Origin: a virus
Lineage: Duplodnaviria; Caudoviricetes
DNA: 26,241 nucleotides
Virus record (IMG/VR): IMGVR_UViG_3300010354_000548
Span: 1 to 26,241 of that record
Reading direction: 5' to 3' (one strand)
A program made the position numbers and the translations under genes. Below the pieces are notes generated by a model. It was given only the letters and a program-made list of their open reading frames with translations, made no database searches and was not told the origin of the DNA. Each line of letters starts with the position of its first letter. The stretch's first letter is position 1. This document shows positions 25,501 to 26,241 of the stretch, one piece after another.

Positions 25501-26241
25501 CTAAACAATTTAAAATAATAGAACATGATGTTGTTTTTTTAAGTTACGATGAGCCTAATGCTGAAAAAAATTATGCAGATTTATTAACTAAATGTCCGTG
25601 GGCTAAACGAGTGCATGGTGTCGAAGGGTCTGACTCTGCTCATAAAGCCTGTGCTAAATTAGCAGAAACAGAAAGAGTGATTATAGTCGATGCTGACAAT
25701 ATTGTTGATCCAAAATTTTTTGAACAGACTGTAGAAGTCGAATCAGAAGAGCTGTATAATAGAAGTGTAATTTCCTGGTGCGGGCTAAATGTCATTAACG
25801 GTTTAAAATATGGTAATGGTGGAATTAAGTGTTGGCCAAGAGAATTTGTTTTAAACATGAAAACACATGAAAATGCAGATAGTCCGCAAAGTCAAGTAGA
25901 TTTTTGTTGGGATATAAATTATATAACCTTAGACGAGTGCATGAGTCTGGTATACAACAATGCCACTCCTTGGCAAGCATGGAGAGCAGGATTTAGAGAA
26001 GGTGTTAAAATGAGTCTGTACGATGGCGTAAAACCTTCTTTTGATAAACCGTTTACTCAGAGATTACATAAAAAAAATTATCATAGATTATTGGCATGGT
26101 TAAACGTAGGTGCTGATGTTACTAATGGATTATGGGCAATTCTAGGAGCAAGACAAGGTTGTTATATGACTAATTGTACGGACTGGAATTATATTAATGT
26201 TAGAGATTTTTCTTGGTTAAATGAATTTTGGAGAACAGAAG
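25497..26241 (+). CDS. GT-A fold (GT2-like) glycosyltransferase, 3'-truncated (>=248 aa); not in the supplied ORF track
   Basis: The ATG at 25497 overlaps the upstream TGA. Translation: MTKQFKIIEHDVVFLSYDEPNAEKNY...RVHGVEGSDSAHKACAKLAETERVIIVDADN (DxD at 25689-25697)...YGNGGIKCWP...AWRAGFREGVKM. No stop before the window end. Confidence 0.8.
   Translation, partial: MTKQFKIIEHDVVFLSYDEPNAEKNYADLLTKCPWAKRVHGVEGSDSAHKACAKLAETERVIIVDADNIVDPKFFEQTVEVESEELYNRSVISWCGLNVINGLKYGNGGIKCWPREFVLNMKTHENADSPQSQVDFCWDINYITLDECMSLVYNNATPWQAWRAGFREGVKMSLYDGVKPSFDKPFTQRLHKKNYHRLLAWLNVGADVTNGLWAILGARQGCYMTNCTDWNYINVRDFSWLNEFWRTE

Noticed and set aside
594-25858. Short minus-strand ORFs (60-114 aa) throughout the window
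   Set aside because: All overlap long + strand genes; typical antisense shadows with no recognisable motifs.
1-26241. Stop-codon reassignment (no gene ends in TAG)
   Set aside because: Genes tile the window under the standard code with no in-frame TAG or TGA; absence of TAG among 11 stops is unremarkable in an AT-rich genome.

Overview
AT-rich segment of a large tailed-phage genome, most likely a T4-related jumbo myophage; this is inferred from protein motifs and gene organisation, and the host is unknown. Nearly all of the window is coding, with every credible gene on the + strand. Order: (1) a giant multidomain virion protein of at least 4779 aa (frame open from base 1, so 5'-truncated), resembling a baseplate wedge/scaffold, with a 7-bladed FG-GAP-type propeller, CBM5/12-like inserts and Ig-like repeats; (2) a collagen-like fibre with a T4 gp10/gp9-like N-terminus; (3) a 203-aa baseplate-type protein; (4) three paralogous tail fibres sharing a ~230-aa N-terminal module but ending differently (tail collar + HxH tip; YadA-neck-like stalk; Peptidase_G2-like chaperone); (5) a Ser/Thr-rich structural protein; (6) a five-gene operon chained by ATGA overlaps, behind a hairpin that buries its first RBS and overlaps a late-promoter-like motif. 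That operon encodes a putative fibre-assembly chaperone, two paralogous GT8-like glycosyltransferases, an unknown protein and a third GT-A enzyme (3'-truncated and missing from the ORF track). The best candidate for an undescribed system is a late-expressed, phage-encoded tail-fibre/virion glycosylation module. No tRNA, rRNA, CRISPR array or mobile element was seen. All family assignments come from reading motifs by eye, not from database searches.
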